A stretch of DNA of 64,000 nucleotides from Spirochaetia bacterium (GTDB taxonomy: Bacteria > Spirochaetota > Spirochaetia > DSM-27196 > Salinispiraceae), in assembly GCA_038204425.1 (NCBI GenBank), contig JBBRCZ010000013.1, forward strand, positions 25,289 to 89,288. Direction: 5' to 3'. The notes beneath the pieces were generated by a model. It made no database searches, was not told the DNA's origin, and saw only the letters and a list, made by a program, of their open reading frames with translations. Positions 35,577-44,444 of this stretch are shown in pieces; positions within the stretch are counted from its first letter, which is position 1; each line of letters begins with the position of its first letter. The translations under genes and the position numbers were made by a program.

Positions 35577-36802
35577 AGACTCTCGTGTCAGCAAGCAAGT
35601 TGAGCTATACTATAAATGGTAGGACTATAGTCAGGGACCTCGATATTTCGCTTCATACAGGTGAGCTCGTCGGCCTAATAGGCCCAAATGGCGCTGGAAA
35701 AAGCACTGTCCTAAAACTGCTTTTGGGCCTTATAAAGCCAAGCACAGGAACGGTTCTTTATGAACAAAAACCTCTGACCATTCTTAGTGACAAGCAACGT
35801 GCTCAAAGTCTGGCTTGGTGTGCTCAAGAACACAACCTTAGTCTGACCTGTACCGTCGACCAAATTCTAGAAATGGGACGCTATCCGCATCTTGGACGCT
35901 GGGACAGTTTAACCATGCACGACAAGCAAATACTGCGACAAGTAAAAAGTTTTGTTGGTCTGGACGACTGGACCAACGCAGATGTCAGTACACTCTCGGC
36001 TGGCGAGCGACAAATCCTAATGTTTGCACGGGCTTTGGTTCAAGACACCCAGTGTTTACTTTTGGACGAACCAAGTTCCAACCTCGACATGGGGACAGAG
36101 CATAAACTCTTTGCCATGATCACTGAGCTTCGACGAGAAGGCAAAGGGATCGTTGCGGCAATCCACAATCTCAACACGGCGGCCGAGTACTGCGACCGTT
36201 TGATTTTGATGTACCAAGGCTCGTTAGTAGCTGAGGGTACGCCAGCTAAGGTTTTGAGTGAAGAGAACCTACGACGTTACTACGGCATAGAAGTTAAGGT
36301 GCAGCTCAACCAAGTGACTGGCAGCACCTCAATTGTGCATATTCCAAAGCACGTAAAGAACCAAGGCAAACGAGTGCATCTGATTGGTGGGGCAGGCAGC
36401 GCTTTGGCCTTAACGCGACTTTTAGTGCAAGCCGGTTACCAACTGAGCGCTGGTGTAGCACACGAGTACGACAGTGACGCGCAACTTTGGCACAACCTTC
36501 AGATAGAAATGGTAAAGGTTGCCGCATTCTCGCACATCGACGACTCTTCTTTTGCACAGGCTCACACACTGATGGCTCAGGCCGACTGGGTTGTGCTATG
36601 CGCGTTTCCAATTGGACCATCCAACCGGCGCAACCTTGTTCTTGCAGCCCAGGCGCGGCGCTTGTTAATTGTCGAAGAAGAGCCAGGCTTTGAGAGGTTT
36701 TTTGGGGACCAAGCAATCAAAAACCAGTTTGACACCCTGGCGCATAAATCGCCAGTTTTGACCAAGAATGCAGTCCTCGCGCATTTAGCCCAGAATGACT
36801 GA
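35573..36802 (+). CDS. ABC ATPase (FepC/BtuD-like) with about 150-aa C-terminal extension
   Basis: GPNGAGKST, LSAGERQ, LLLDEP and HNLNTAAEYCD. Extra domain RVHLIGGAGS...SAGVAHEYDSD. Confidence 0.92.
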   Translation: MKTLVSASKLSYTINGRTIVRDLDISLHTGELVGLIGPNGAGKSTVLKLLLGLIKPSTGTVLYEQKPLTILSDKQRAQSLAWCAQEHNLSLTCTVDQILEMGRYPHLGRWDSLTMHDKQILRQVKSFVGLDDWTNADVSTLSAGERQILMFARALVQDTQCLLLDEPSSNLDMGTEHKLFAMITELRREGKGIVAAIHNLNTAAEYCDRLILMYQGSLVAEGTPAKVLSEENLRRYYGIEVKVQLNQVTGSTSIVHIPKHVKNQGKRVHLIGGAGSALALTRLLVQAGYQLSAGVAHEYDSDAQLWHNLQIEMVKVAAFSHIDDSSFAQAHTLMAQADWVVLCAFPIGPSNRRNLVLAAQARRLLIVEEEPGFERFFGDQAIKNQFDTLAHKSPVLTKNAVLAHLAQND

Positions 36803-36836
36803 TCTCAAGCACTGATACATGCTATAATTACCCACT

Positions 36837-37196
36837 ATGCTGAATGAAATACGTCCGACAAGACAGATCCAAGGTGAAGGATTTAGACGATGGTTTACCG
36901 ACAGTGACTGTGACCTGGTCGTTTGGTATCCTGCGCCGGAAAACCCACAGATAGACGGCTTTCAATTTTGTTGGGACAAACTCAGTAGTGAGCAAGCCCT
37001 TACTTGGAATGCTAAGTCTGGTTTTCGTTATAGTAAGGTTGATTCTGGTGATCATGGTGGCTTTGGATTTAAAAGCACGCCGATCTTGAGAGACGTCGAC
37101 ATGGCCAACGCAACTAAGATAAGCGAAACGTTCTTTGCGGTTTCGCAGTCAATTGACCACATGCTACGCAACTTTATCCTGGATCGCTTGCCGTAA
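36837..37196 (+). CDS. hypothetical protein
   Basis: Trp-rich compact ORF (RRWFTD..DLVVWY..FQFCWDK). TGnTATAAT lies 8 nt upstream. Confidence 0.75.
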   Translation: MLNEIRPTRQIQGEGFRRWFTDSDCDLVVWYPAPENPQIDGFQFCWDKLSSEQALTWNAKSGFRYSKVDSGDHGGFGFKSTPILRDVDMANATKISETFFAVSQSIDHMLRNFILDRLP

Positions 37197-37236
37197 TTGT
37201 TAGTCAAATTAGCAAAAAAAGAGGAGTTCTAGAGCA

Positions 37237-37701
37237 ATGACATTTCTATTGTGGCTGATCATTGGCGGCGGACTTCTTGTTGTACAGATGCTTTCTGGCT
37301 GGATGGATTTACTCTTTGTAGCCTTGGCTGCCGGCTTAACTGCACTACTCTGTGCGCTTTTTCCTGCCTTCGCAAATCTTGTGGTAGTACAAATCGTTTC
37401 TTGGGTTGTGCTGAGCTTTTTTAGTGTGCTCTTTTTTAGGCGAAGGTTCAAAAAAACCTTTGTCGCCAAGAACACAAGTCAGGACAGTGCAATCTCAGAC
37501 CTTGTGGGTAGGCAGGCCCAAGTGATTGAAGACATTCGCCCACCAAGCGAGGGCAGGGTAAGCCTCGACGGTACCAGTTGGGCTGCCGTAAGTAACGATA
37601 CAACCATAAGTGCTGGCACGACAGTCTTTGTGCATACACACGACAATTTGCTGTTAGAAGTGAGCACAAGACCTCTTGACCACTACTCCTCGAGCAAGTA
37701 A
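37237..37701 (+). CDS. NfeD family membrane protein
   Basis: Three TM helices, then the OB-fold LVGRQAQVIEDI...GRVSLDGTSWAA. GAGGAG RBS. Confidence 0.88.
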   Translation: MTFLLWLIIGGGLLVVQMLSGWMDLLFVALAAGLTALLCALFPAFANLVVVQIVSWVVLSFFSVLFFRRRFKKTFVAKNTSQDSAISDLVGRQAQVIEDIRPPSEGRVSLDGTSWAAVSNDTTISAGTTVFVHTHDNLLLEVSTRPLDHYSSSK

Positions 37702-37709
37702 AGAATAAC

Positions 37710-39575
37710 ATGGACCAGTTTCTCGTCATACTTTCCATAGGCGATCTTGCCGCAGGTGGGGATAAATTCTACCGATTTGAGAACCCTGTAGTGTGGCGCG
37801 AACCACAAGAGCGCACCGAACTGGCAAGGCTACTGGAACAAGACCTGGACTATGCAGCCAAAAACGGACTGTGGTGGGCCGGCGCCTTGGGCTACGGTGC
37901 CGCGATAGCCTTTGAACCAGAACTGCTACAGCAGTCCACACCGTCTCTAAATTCAGTGCAAGCTGTTGATCAAGCCCTAGCAGCCTGGGGATTATTTAAA
38001 CAACCCAAACTGGTTGACTTGGCGGATCTGCAATGTCAAGCTGCGCAAGATGCCACTTTTGAGCTTCCTTTCTTAGCTTCGTGGTCGTACGACGACTACC
38101 ACTTGGCGTTCGAGGCATGCAAACATGCACTGCAAACTGGCCAGAGCTATCAACTCAATCTGACTATGTCCTTGCAAGGCTCGATACTGCCAGAGATTGA
38201 CCACCTGCACTTGTGGCAGCGCTTGTTGACCACAAGCCATGTAGCACACGCCTGTTTTGTAAGACACTCAGGCGGCAGCATAGTAAGTTTGAGCCCTGAG
38301 CTGTTTTTCTCAAAAAGTGGCCACCAATTGCTCTGTAGACCAATGAAGGGCACCGCCACTCGCCAAGATGATGCTTTGTTAGACCAAGAAGCTCGTAGCG
38401 CCTTGCAAGCTAGCCCCAAGAATCGCGCCGAAAATCTAATGATAGTAGATATGATTCGCAACGACTTGGGCAAGATCGCAACAATTGGCAGTGTCCAAGT
38501 TTCTAAGCAGTTTGAGATAGAGAGCTACCCCAGTGTCTACCAAATGACCAGCACCATTGAGGCCACATACGATGGGTTGATGTATACTTTACTGGCGGCA
38601 CTTTTCCCCTGCGCCAGCATCACCGGTGCGCCAAAGATCAAGACCATGCAGGTTTTGTCCACGATAGAAGGGCGTGATCGTGCTTGGTACACCGGCAGTG
38701 CAGGTTGGGTTAGCCCAAGCAACGACGCCAACTTTAACGTTTTGATTCGTAGTTTGAGTGTAAGCCACGACGGCCAAGTTAGCCTCGGCGTTGGTGGCGG
38801 CATAGTCTGGGATAGCAGTCTTTTAGACGAATACAACGAGGCGCTGGCCAAGGCACGCTTTTGCCGATCGCTTGAGCCAAGTTTTGACCTTGTAGAGACA
38901 CTGCGTTATGATCCTGGCCACGGTTTCTGGTGGCCACAAGAACACCTGTCGCGCATGGCTGCCTCGGCACAAGCGTTTGATCGAGCCTTTAGTGTCCATG
39001 AGGCCTCAAAGATTCTTGAGCGAGAAATAGATGCCTATTGTGCAAACCACAGCACAGGTCCGCTACGGATCCGGCTTGCCCTAAGTCGAGATGGTAGTTT
39101 TAGTACTCAAGTAAGCGCCTTAACCAAACAGCCCATTGCCCAAGAGCGTCAGCAGGCAAGTTCAGTAGAGCTTGCACTTAGCTTAGCTACAAGTGCCTTT
39201 CCTCAGTCCGCGGCACTCAAATTGTTCTTGGCGCACAAAACAAGCCTACGTAGTCACTATCTCGAGAGAGAGAACCAAAGTGCCGGACTTGGCACAGAGG
39301 CCAAACTTACTACTGACATTTACAATCAGACTTTGTTCTACGCTCATGATGGGCGCTTGACGGAATCAAGCTACGCCAACCTAGTACTTGAGCTCAAGGG
39401 CAGATTTTTTACGCCGCACCACTCGGCAGGTTTGCTTCCAGGAATTATGCGAAATCATCTGCTGCAAGCAGGACTCGTGAGCGAAGCCGACTTGTACCTT
39501 GACGACCTGCAAGAGGCGACTTCGGTCTGGTTGATCAACTCGGTCAGAGGATGGATGCGGACAAAACTGACTTGA
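37710..39575 (+). CDS. pabB: fused aminodeoxychorismate synthase component I / ADC lyase (PabB-PabC)
   Basis: GQSYQLNL, SPELFF, PMKGT, KNRAENLMIVDMIRNDLG and SITGAPK. C-terminal class-IV aminotransferase (LVETL, HKT, GLLPGIMR, INSVRG). Confidence 0.9.
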   Translation: MDQFLVILSIGDLAAGGDKFYRFENPVVWREPQERTELARLLEQDLDYAAKNGLWWAGALGYGAAIAFEPELLQQSTPSLNSVQAVDQALAAWGLFKQPKLVDLADLQCQAAQDATFELPFLASWSYDDYHLAFEACKHALQTGQSYQLNLTMSLQGSILPEIDHLHLWQRLLTTSHVAHACFVRHSGGSIVSLSPELFFSKSGHQLLCRPMKGTATRQDDALLDQEARSALQASPKNRAENLMIVDMIRNDLGKIATIGSVQVSKQFEIESYPSVYQMTSTIEATYDGLMYTLLAALFPCASITGAPKIKTMQVLSTIEGRDRAWYTGSAGWVSPSNDANFNVLIRSLSVSHDGQVSLGVGGGIVWDSSLLDEYNEALAKARFCRSLEPSFDLVETLRYDPGHGFWWPQEHLSRMAASAQAFDRAFSVHEASKILEREIDAYCANHSTGPLRIRLALSRDGSFSTQVSALTKQPIAQERQQASSVELALSLATSAFPQSAALKLFLAHKTSLRSHYLERENQSAGLGTEAKLTTDIYNQTLFYAHDGRLTESSYANLVLELKGRFFTPHHSAGLLPGIMRNHLLQAGLVSEADLYLDDLQEATSVWLINSVRGWMRTKLT

Positions 39576-39608
39576 CTCAAAGCGTCTGTGGAGTCATTAA
39601 TAGCTGCT

Positions 39609-41540
39609 ATGGCATATGTACAAACCATTTTTGACAAGAACTTTCTGGAATACGCCAGTTATGTAATTAAGGACAGGGCCATTCCTCATCTCGATGATGG
39701 CCTCAAGCCGGTTCAACGAAGAATCCTGCACTCACTCTTTGAAATGGACGACGGCAAGTTTCATAAAGTTGCCAATATTGTAGGCCATTGTATGAAGTAT
39801 CATCCGCATGGTGACGCAAGCATTTACGAAGCCTTGGTAGTGGTAGCCAACAAAGGTTTTTTTATAGATACCCAAGGAAACTTTGGAAACATTTTTACCG
39901 GCGACCCGGCCTCCGCAGCGCGTTACATTGAATGTCGCGCACTGCCATTTGCCAAAGAAGTACTTTTTAGACCGGACATAACCAAGTTTGATGCCAGCTA
40001 TGATGGGCGTAATCAAGAACCCGTTGTTTTTCCTGCCAAAATTCCTGTCGTGCTTTTGATGGGTGCCGAAGGTATCGCTGTTGGTATGAGTACACGCATC
40101 ATGCCGCATAACTTTGTTGAAGTTTTGCAAGCACTACAATCAGCGCTCAAGGGCGAGAGCTTTCAGCTTTTTCCTGACTTCCCGACCTCTGGTATTATGG
40201 ACGCTTCGGGCTATGCCGACGGACTAGGCAAAGTCTTGGTTAGGGCTCGTCTTGACACTTCAGATCCCAAGCGGATTGTCATCCGCGAGTTACCCTTTGG
40301 CTCTACCACCGAGAGCCTAATCGAAAGCATAGAAAACGCAAGTCGTCGCGGCAAACTAAAAATTGCTGGCATCCAAGACTTTACTACCGAAAATGTTGAG
40401 ATTGAGATTCAACTGGCACGAGGCGTTTATACCCAAGACGTAGTCGATGCACTCTACGCCTTTACCGACTGCGAGCAATCAATTAGTGCCAATCTCTTGG
40501 TCATTAGCAAAGAAAACAAACCAGTAATTATGACAGCCACAGAGGTCATCAATTACCATGCCAAGCAGTTGCAATCCATTCTCAAAATGGAACTCGACCT
40601 CGACCTCAAGAACTTGCTCGACAAGCTGCACGCCCGCACACTGGAGCGTATTTTTATTGAAGAACGAATCTATAAAAAGATAGAAGAAATGGCTACCGCA
40701 GAACTTGTGGTAGAAGCAGTCAAAATAGGCTTTGTACCCTTTGCTAAAGAGATTAAGCGCGAGGTGAGCGACGACGACGTTGAGCGTCTGCTCAAGATCC
40801 CAATCAGACGCATCTCGCTCTATGATATCAATCGAGCCAAAAAAGAGATTGCCCAGATAGAAGCTGACATAAAAATCGTTAAGAAATATCTGCAAAACCT
40901 AGTTGGTTTTGCCCTTGATTACGTCGATGGCATTCTGGCCAGAGAGGGCAAAAAGTGGCCGCGCAAAACCGAAGTCACACGATTTGACAAAGTTGATGTT
41001 AGAGAAGCCGCAGTCCGAAACCTCACCCTACGCTACGATAGCGAATCGGGCTATCTCGGGCACGTGCTGGCTCCAGCAACAAGTGATGGCAAGGGCGCCA
41101 CCTCATTGTTTGCGGTAAGCGAGTTTGATCGCGTGGTAGTGCTCAAGGCTGATGCAAGCTGGATGGTTGTTCCCTTGCCAAGCAAGCTCTACCTCGGCAA
41201 AGGCATGCTGGCCTGCTTTTTGGCCGACAAAGACGAGGCACCCAAGCATATTTTGACCTTTATCTTTCGCAATGAGGCAGGCGAGTTTTACATTAAGCGC
41301 ACTCGGATTGAGGCATGGATAATGGAAAAAATCTATCCGCTCTTGCCAGAAAAAACCAAGCTGGTCGCATTTACAGAAAGTCAAACCGCAATCTTGCGCC
41401 TACACTATGCCAAAAACGTTAAACTACGTGTCACTCAAGAAGACTTTGCAGTTGCCGACTACTTGGTTAAAGGAACTTCTGCCGGTGGCGTGAGACTCAC
41501 CCAGAAACCAGTCATCAAATTTGAGTGGAAAAAAGCCTAG
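39609..41540 (+). CDS. parC: DNA topoisomerase IV subunit A (short, spirochaete type)
   Basis: RAIPHLDDGLKPVQRRIL, YHPHGD, AARYIE (catalytic Tyr) and GIAVGMST. Truncated CTD with no GyrA box. Confidence 0.9.
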   Translation: MAYVQTIFDKNFLEYASYVIKDRAIPHLDDGLKPVQRRILHSLFEMDDGKFHKVANIVGHCMKYHPHGDASIYEALVVVANKGFFIDTQGNFGNIFTGDPASAARYIECRALPFAKEVLFRPDITKFDASYDGRNQEPVVFPAKIPVVLLMGAEGIAVGMSTRIMPHNFVEVLQALQSALKGESFQLFPDFPTSGIMDASGYADGLGKVLVRARLDTSDPKRIVIRELPFGSTTESLIESIENASRRGKLKIAGIQDFTTENVEIEIQLARGVYTQDVVDALYAFTDCEQSISANLLVISKENKPVIMTATEVINYHAKQLQSILKMELDLDLKNLLDKLHARTLERIFIEERIYKKIEEMATAELVVEAVKIGFVPFAKEIKREVSDDDVERLLKIPIRRISLYDINRAKKEIAQIEADIKIVKKYLQNLVGFALDYVDGILAREGKKWPRKTEVTRFDKVDVREAAVRNLTLRYDSESGYLGHVLAPATSDGKGATSLFAVSEFDRVVVLKADASWMVVPLPSKLYLGKGMLACFLADKDEAPKHILTFIFRNEAGEFYIKRTRIEAWIMEKIYPLLPEKTKLVAFTESQTAILRLHYAKNVKLRVTQEDFAVADYLVKGTSAGGVRLTQKPVIKFEWKKA

Positions 41541-41574
41541 TCTGCACGCCAAAAAATGAAACGTTCGGGATAGC

Positions 41575-42045
41575 TTAGCGATTGATCATCCAAAGCGAAA
41601 AATCTTCAAGATAGGCCACAAAACCATCCATGTGCTGCTGCGGAAAAGAAAAATCACTATGAGCGCGCGCCAAAACGGGGTACCAACAATCTAACCAGGC
41701 TTGGCGAGCCTCATGATCGATTGCAAAATTGAGGTGTCGGGCGCGCATACGCGGCGGTCCATATTTTTGTTCAAACAAGGGTGGTCCACCGCAGGCGGTA
41801 ACCCAAAACAGCGAACTCTTTTGTGCTGCCAAGACCAGTTCTTCTGGATCAGATGGAAACATAGAGGCTATTGGTGATTGGGCTAGACCAAAGTAAACAG
41901 CTTCTATCATTTTTGCTATGTGATCTTTTCCCATTACTTGATATATTTCCGAACTGGGAAGACTAACATTAGGCATAATTGGGCCTTGTTGTGGTAAGGG
42001 CGACGTCATGCTACTGAGTATAGCATTCGTTTTTTTGTCGGACAA
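41575..42045 (-). CDS. truncated (2/2) bacterial globin
   Basis: IASMFP, FWVTACGGPPLF, PRMRARHLNFAID and AWLDCW. Start uncertain (TTG 42045 or ATG 42009). Confidence 0.85.
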   Translation of the reverse strand: MSDKKTNAILSSMTSPLPQQGPIMPNVSLPSSEIYQVMGKDHIAKMIEAVYFGLAQSPIASMFPSDPEELVLAAQKSSLFWVTACGGPPLFEQKYGPPRMRARHLNFAIDHEARQAWLDCWYPVLARAHSDFSFPQQHMDGFVAYLEDFSLWMINR

Positions 42046-42081
42046 GCCAAGCCAAGCTTAGTAAAATGCTCTATAATAGAT

Positions 42082-44211
42082 GTGTGGAGTTCCATGAAGC
42101 CTAAAGTGCGCCGAATCAGCAGTTTTCCTCAGTTTTTGTTCTCTCGTTTTTCTCTTTTTTTGTTTCCATTTGTTGTTGGTCTGACCCTGGTTTGGATAAT
42201 AAGCGAGTACAATTTTGAGCTCAATCATGTTGACCAAGTGCAAACCGCCTTGGATCAAGGACTTAAAGCTGATGCCCAACTGCGACTTAAGCGAGTCCAA
42301 GTAAAAATTGAAAAAACGCGCCAACAACTTGGCGCCAAAGATCTGCTTCGTAAAGCGCTTATCAGTGCATTTCGTATGCAGGGCGACGGTACTGACGACT
42401 ACTCTTTTATTATAGGGGGAGACGGCAAGCTAATCTACGAGCCAAGTTTGGCACTTGCCCAAGCGAGCACGGGCCTCCAACTCAAAGATTCAACAGGGCA
42501 GTTATTTGTCAAAACTATTATTGATGCAGCTAAACAGACTCAAGACTATGTTGCGCTAAGCTACCAATGGCTCAGACCAAGCACTCAGCGTATAGAAAGC
42601 AAAAAAGTGCTCGTTTACTGGGACGAGCAGCTTGAGTGGGTATTTGGCGTTGCCTACTTTCGTGACGCCTTGGCCTACACCTTGGGCAGCACTGGCTACA
42701 AACTGCAAACCTCGGTGCGCCAAAAAGTCTTGGTGGTGCTTTTGGGCTTCTTAACTTTTGTGGTGGCATTTCTGTTTTTCGTTCGCTTGGCGTCGCGCCA
42801 TCTTTTGGCAGACACGGCGGTTTTTCGTGAATTTTTCCTGCGCTCTATAATGGAGCAACGAGCAATTGTAATCGAAAACTTGGCCTTTCGCGAATATCGA
42901 GACTTAGCAGAGATGGGCAATCAAGCCATAGACAAACTCAGGCGCAACATGCACGAACTCTCGCACAGCGAGTTTCGCTATCGCAGCCTTTTTCATGCCT
43001 TTAGGGACGCAATTATTGTCCACGACCTAGACGGCAAGATCGTTGACACCAACGAGAAGGCCAGAACGACGCTTTTTTCTGAGAGTGAGATTGCCAATCT
43101 CAAGGACCGAGATTTGATCCAGTGTTTTGGCAGCAAGGCCAAGAAAAAAATCGAGCTAATGCTTAAAGAACTGCAAGTAAGTTCTATTGTAGAAACACAA
43201 ACCAGGATAGAAGGGCGTTCGGGCGTAACTTTGACCGTTGAGATGGTCTCGGTTAGACTTGATGATGCACTCGGCTTGGTTCAGACCATAGTAAGAGATA
43301 TGACGGCAACGCTCGCCAATAGAGAAAAAATTGAGCAGCTCAATAGAGAGTTGCTGCGCACCGTCAATCAGAGAACCGTTGAGTTGGCCGATTCTCAAGA
43401 AAAGTTACAGCGTGCACAACACGAACTCATACAAAAAGAGCGCATGGCCAGTCTCGGCAACGTGGTCGGAGCCTTGGGTCACGAGATAGAAACTCCACTT
43501 GGAATTGGCATTACCTTGTCGACTTTGTTTGAAGAACGAGCGGCAGAACTTGGAAAAAAAGTAGAAAAGGGCGAACTGACACGCTTAGAACTTGCTGAGC
43601 ATTTGGCCATGCTTGGCGAGTCGAGCCGCATCCTGTCTAGCAATCTTATCCGAGCCTCAGAACTAATGATGAGCCTCAAAGTCATAGCGGTCGACCAAGC
43701 CAGTGATTTAAATCGCCGGTTTGGTGTGCGGCAATACCTCGAAAAAATTGTTACCAGTCTGCGACCTACCCTTAAGAAAACCCGGCACATGATAATGGTT
43801 GATTGTGATGAACAGCTCTCTATGTTTGCCAATCCTGCTATTTTGTACCAAGTTATTATAAATTTGATCAATAATTCTCTCACGCACGGCTTTGGCAAAA
43901 TTGAAGATGGCTTAATTGATATCCAAGTCAGTTTAGAAGGTCAAGCCGGGCTTCGCATCATCTATCGCGACAACGGTTTAGGCATTGCAAGTGACATCCA
44001 AGACAAGATATTTGAGCCGTATTTCACTACCAATAGAGACAAAGGTGGCAGCGGACTTGGTATGCATATTGTGCGCAGTCTGCTTGAGCAAGAACTTGGC
44101 GCTAGTATAACTCTGCAATCAGAGCTAGGTCAGGGATGCCAGTTTACCGTACTTATTCCAAATTGCGACGCTAGGCTTAGCGAAGATAAACCTAGCGAAG
44201 ACAAATCCTAG
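42082..44211 (+). CDS. Cache-PAS sensor histidine kinase
   Basis: TM-Cache-TM (DYSFII, KDSTGQLFV, SYQW, EWVFG), PAS, GHEIETPLG, NLINNSLTHG, DNGLG and GGSGLG. Confidence 0.9.
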   Translation: MWSSMKPKVRRISSFPQFLFSRFSLFLFPFVVGLTLVWIISEYNFELNHVDQVQTALDQGLKADAQLRLKRVQVKIEKTRQQLGAKDLLRKALISAFRMQGDGTDDYSFIIGGDGKLIYEPSLALAQASTGLQLKDSTGQLFVKTIIDAAKQTQDYVALSYQWLRPSTQRIESKKVLVYWDEQLEWVFGVAYFRDALAYTLGSTGYKLQTSVRQKVLVVLLGFLTFVVAFLFFVRLASRHLLADTAVFREFFLRSIMEQRAIVIENLAFREYRDLAEMGNQAIDKLRRNMHELSHSEFRYRSLFHAFRDAIIVHDLDGKIVDTNEKARTTLFSESEIANLKDRDLIQCFGSKAKKKIELMLKELQVSSIVETQTRIEGRSGVTLTVEMVSVRLDDALGLVQTIVRDMTATLANREKIEQLNRELLRTVNQRTVELADSQEKLQRAQHELIQKERMASLGNVVGALGHEIETPLGIGITLSTLFEERAAELGKKVEKGELTRLELAEHLAMLGESSRILSSNLIRASELMMSLKVIAVDQASDLNRRFGVRQYLEKIVTSLRPTLKKTRHMIMVDCDEQLSMFANPAILYQVIINLINNSLTHGFGKIEDGLIDIQVSLEGQAGLRIIYRDNGLGIASDIQDKIFEPYFTTNRDKGGSGLGMHIVRSLLEQELGASITLQSELGQGCQFTVLIPNCDARLSEDKPSEDKS

Positions 44212-44444
44212 CACTACTAGTCATCAAAAGTTCTATCCAAGGCATTGCTGGTTTTAGTATTGATTGTATTGAACAAAAACAGCTTGAACGACAACTGAGC
44301 CTATGCGAAGAAACGCTTCGTCAACTTGGCAAATCTTAAGTTATTTATTCGGAAGCTCAATCAATAGTGCGCCAGCTTGCAATTAATTCCAACCTACTTT
44401 AGACTTGCCACTATGGCTGATACTACAAGTAAGCTCAAGCGCTC

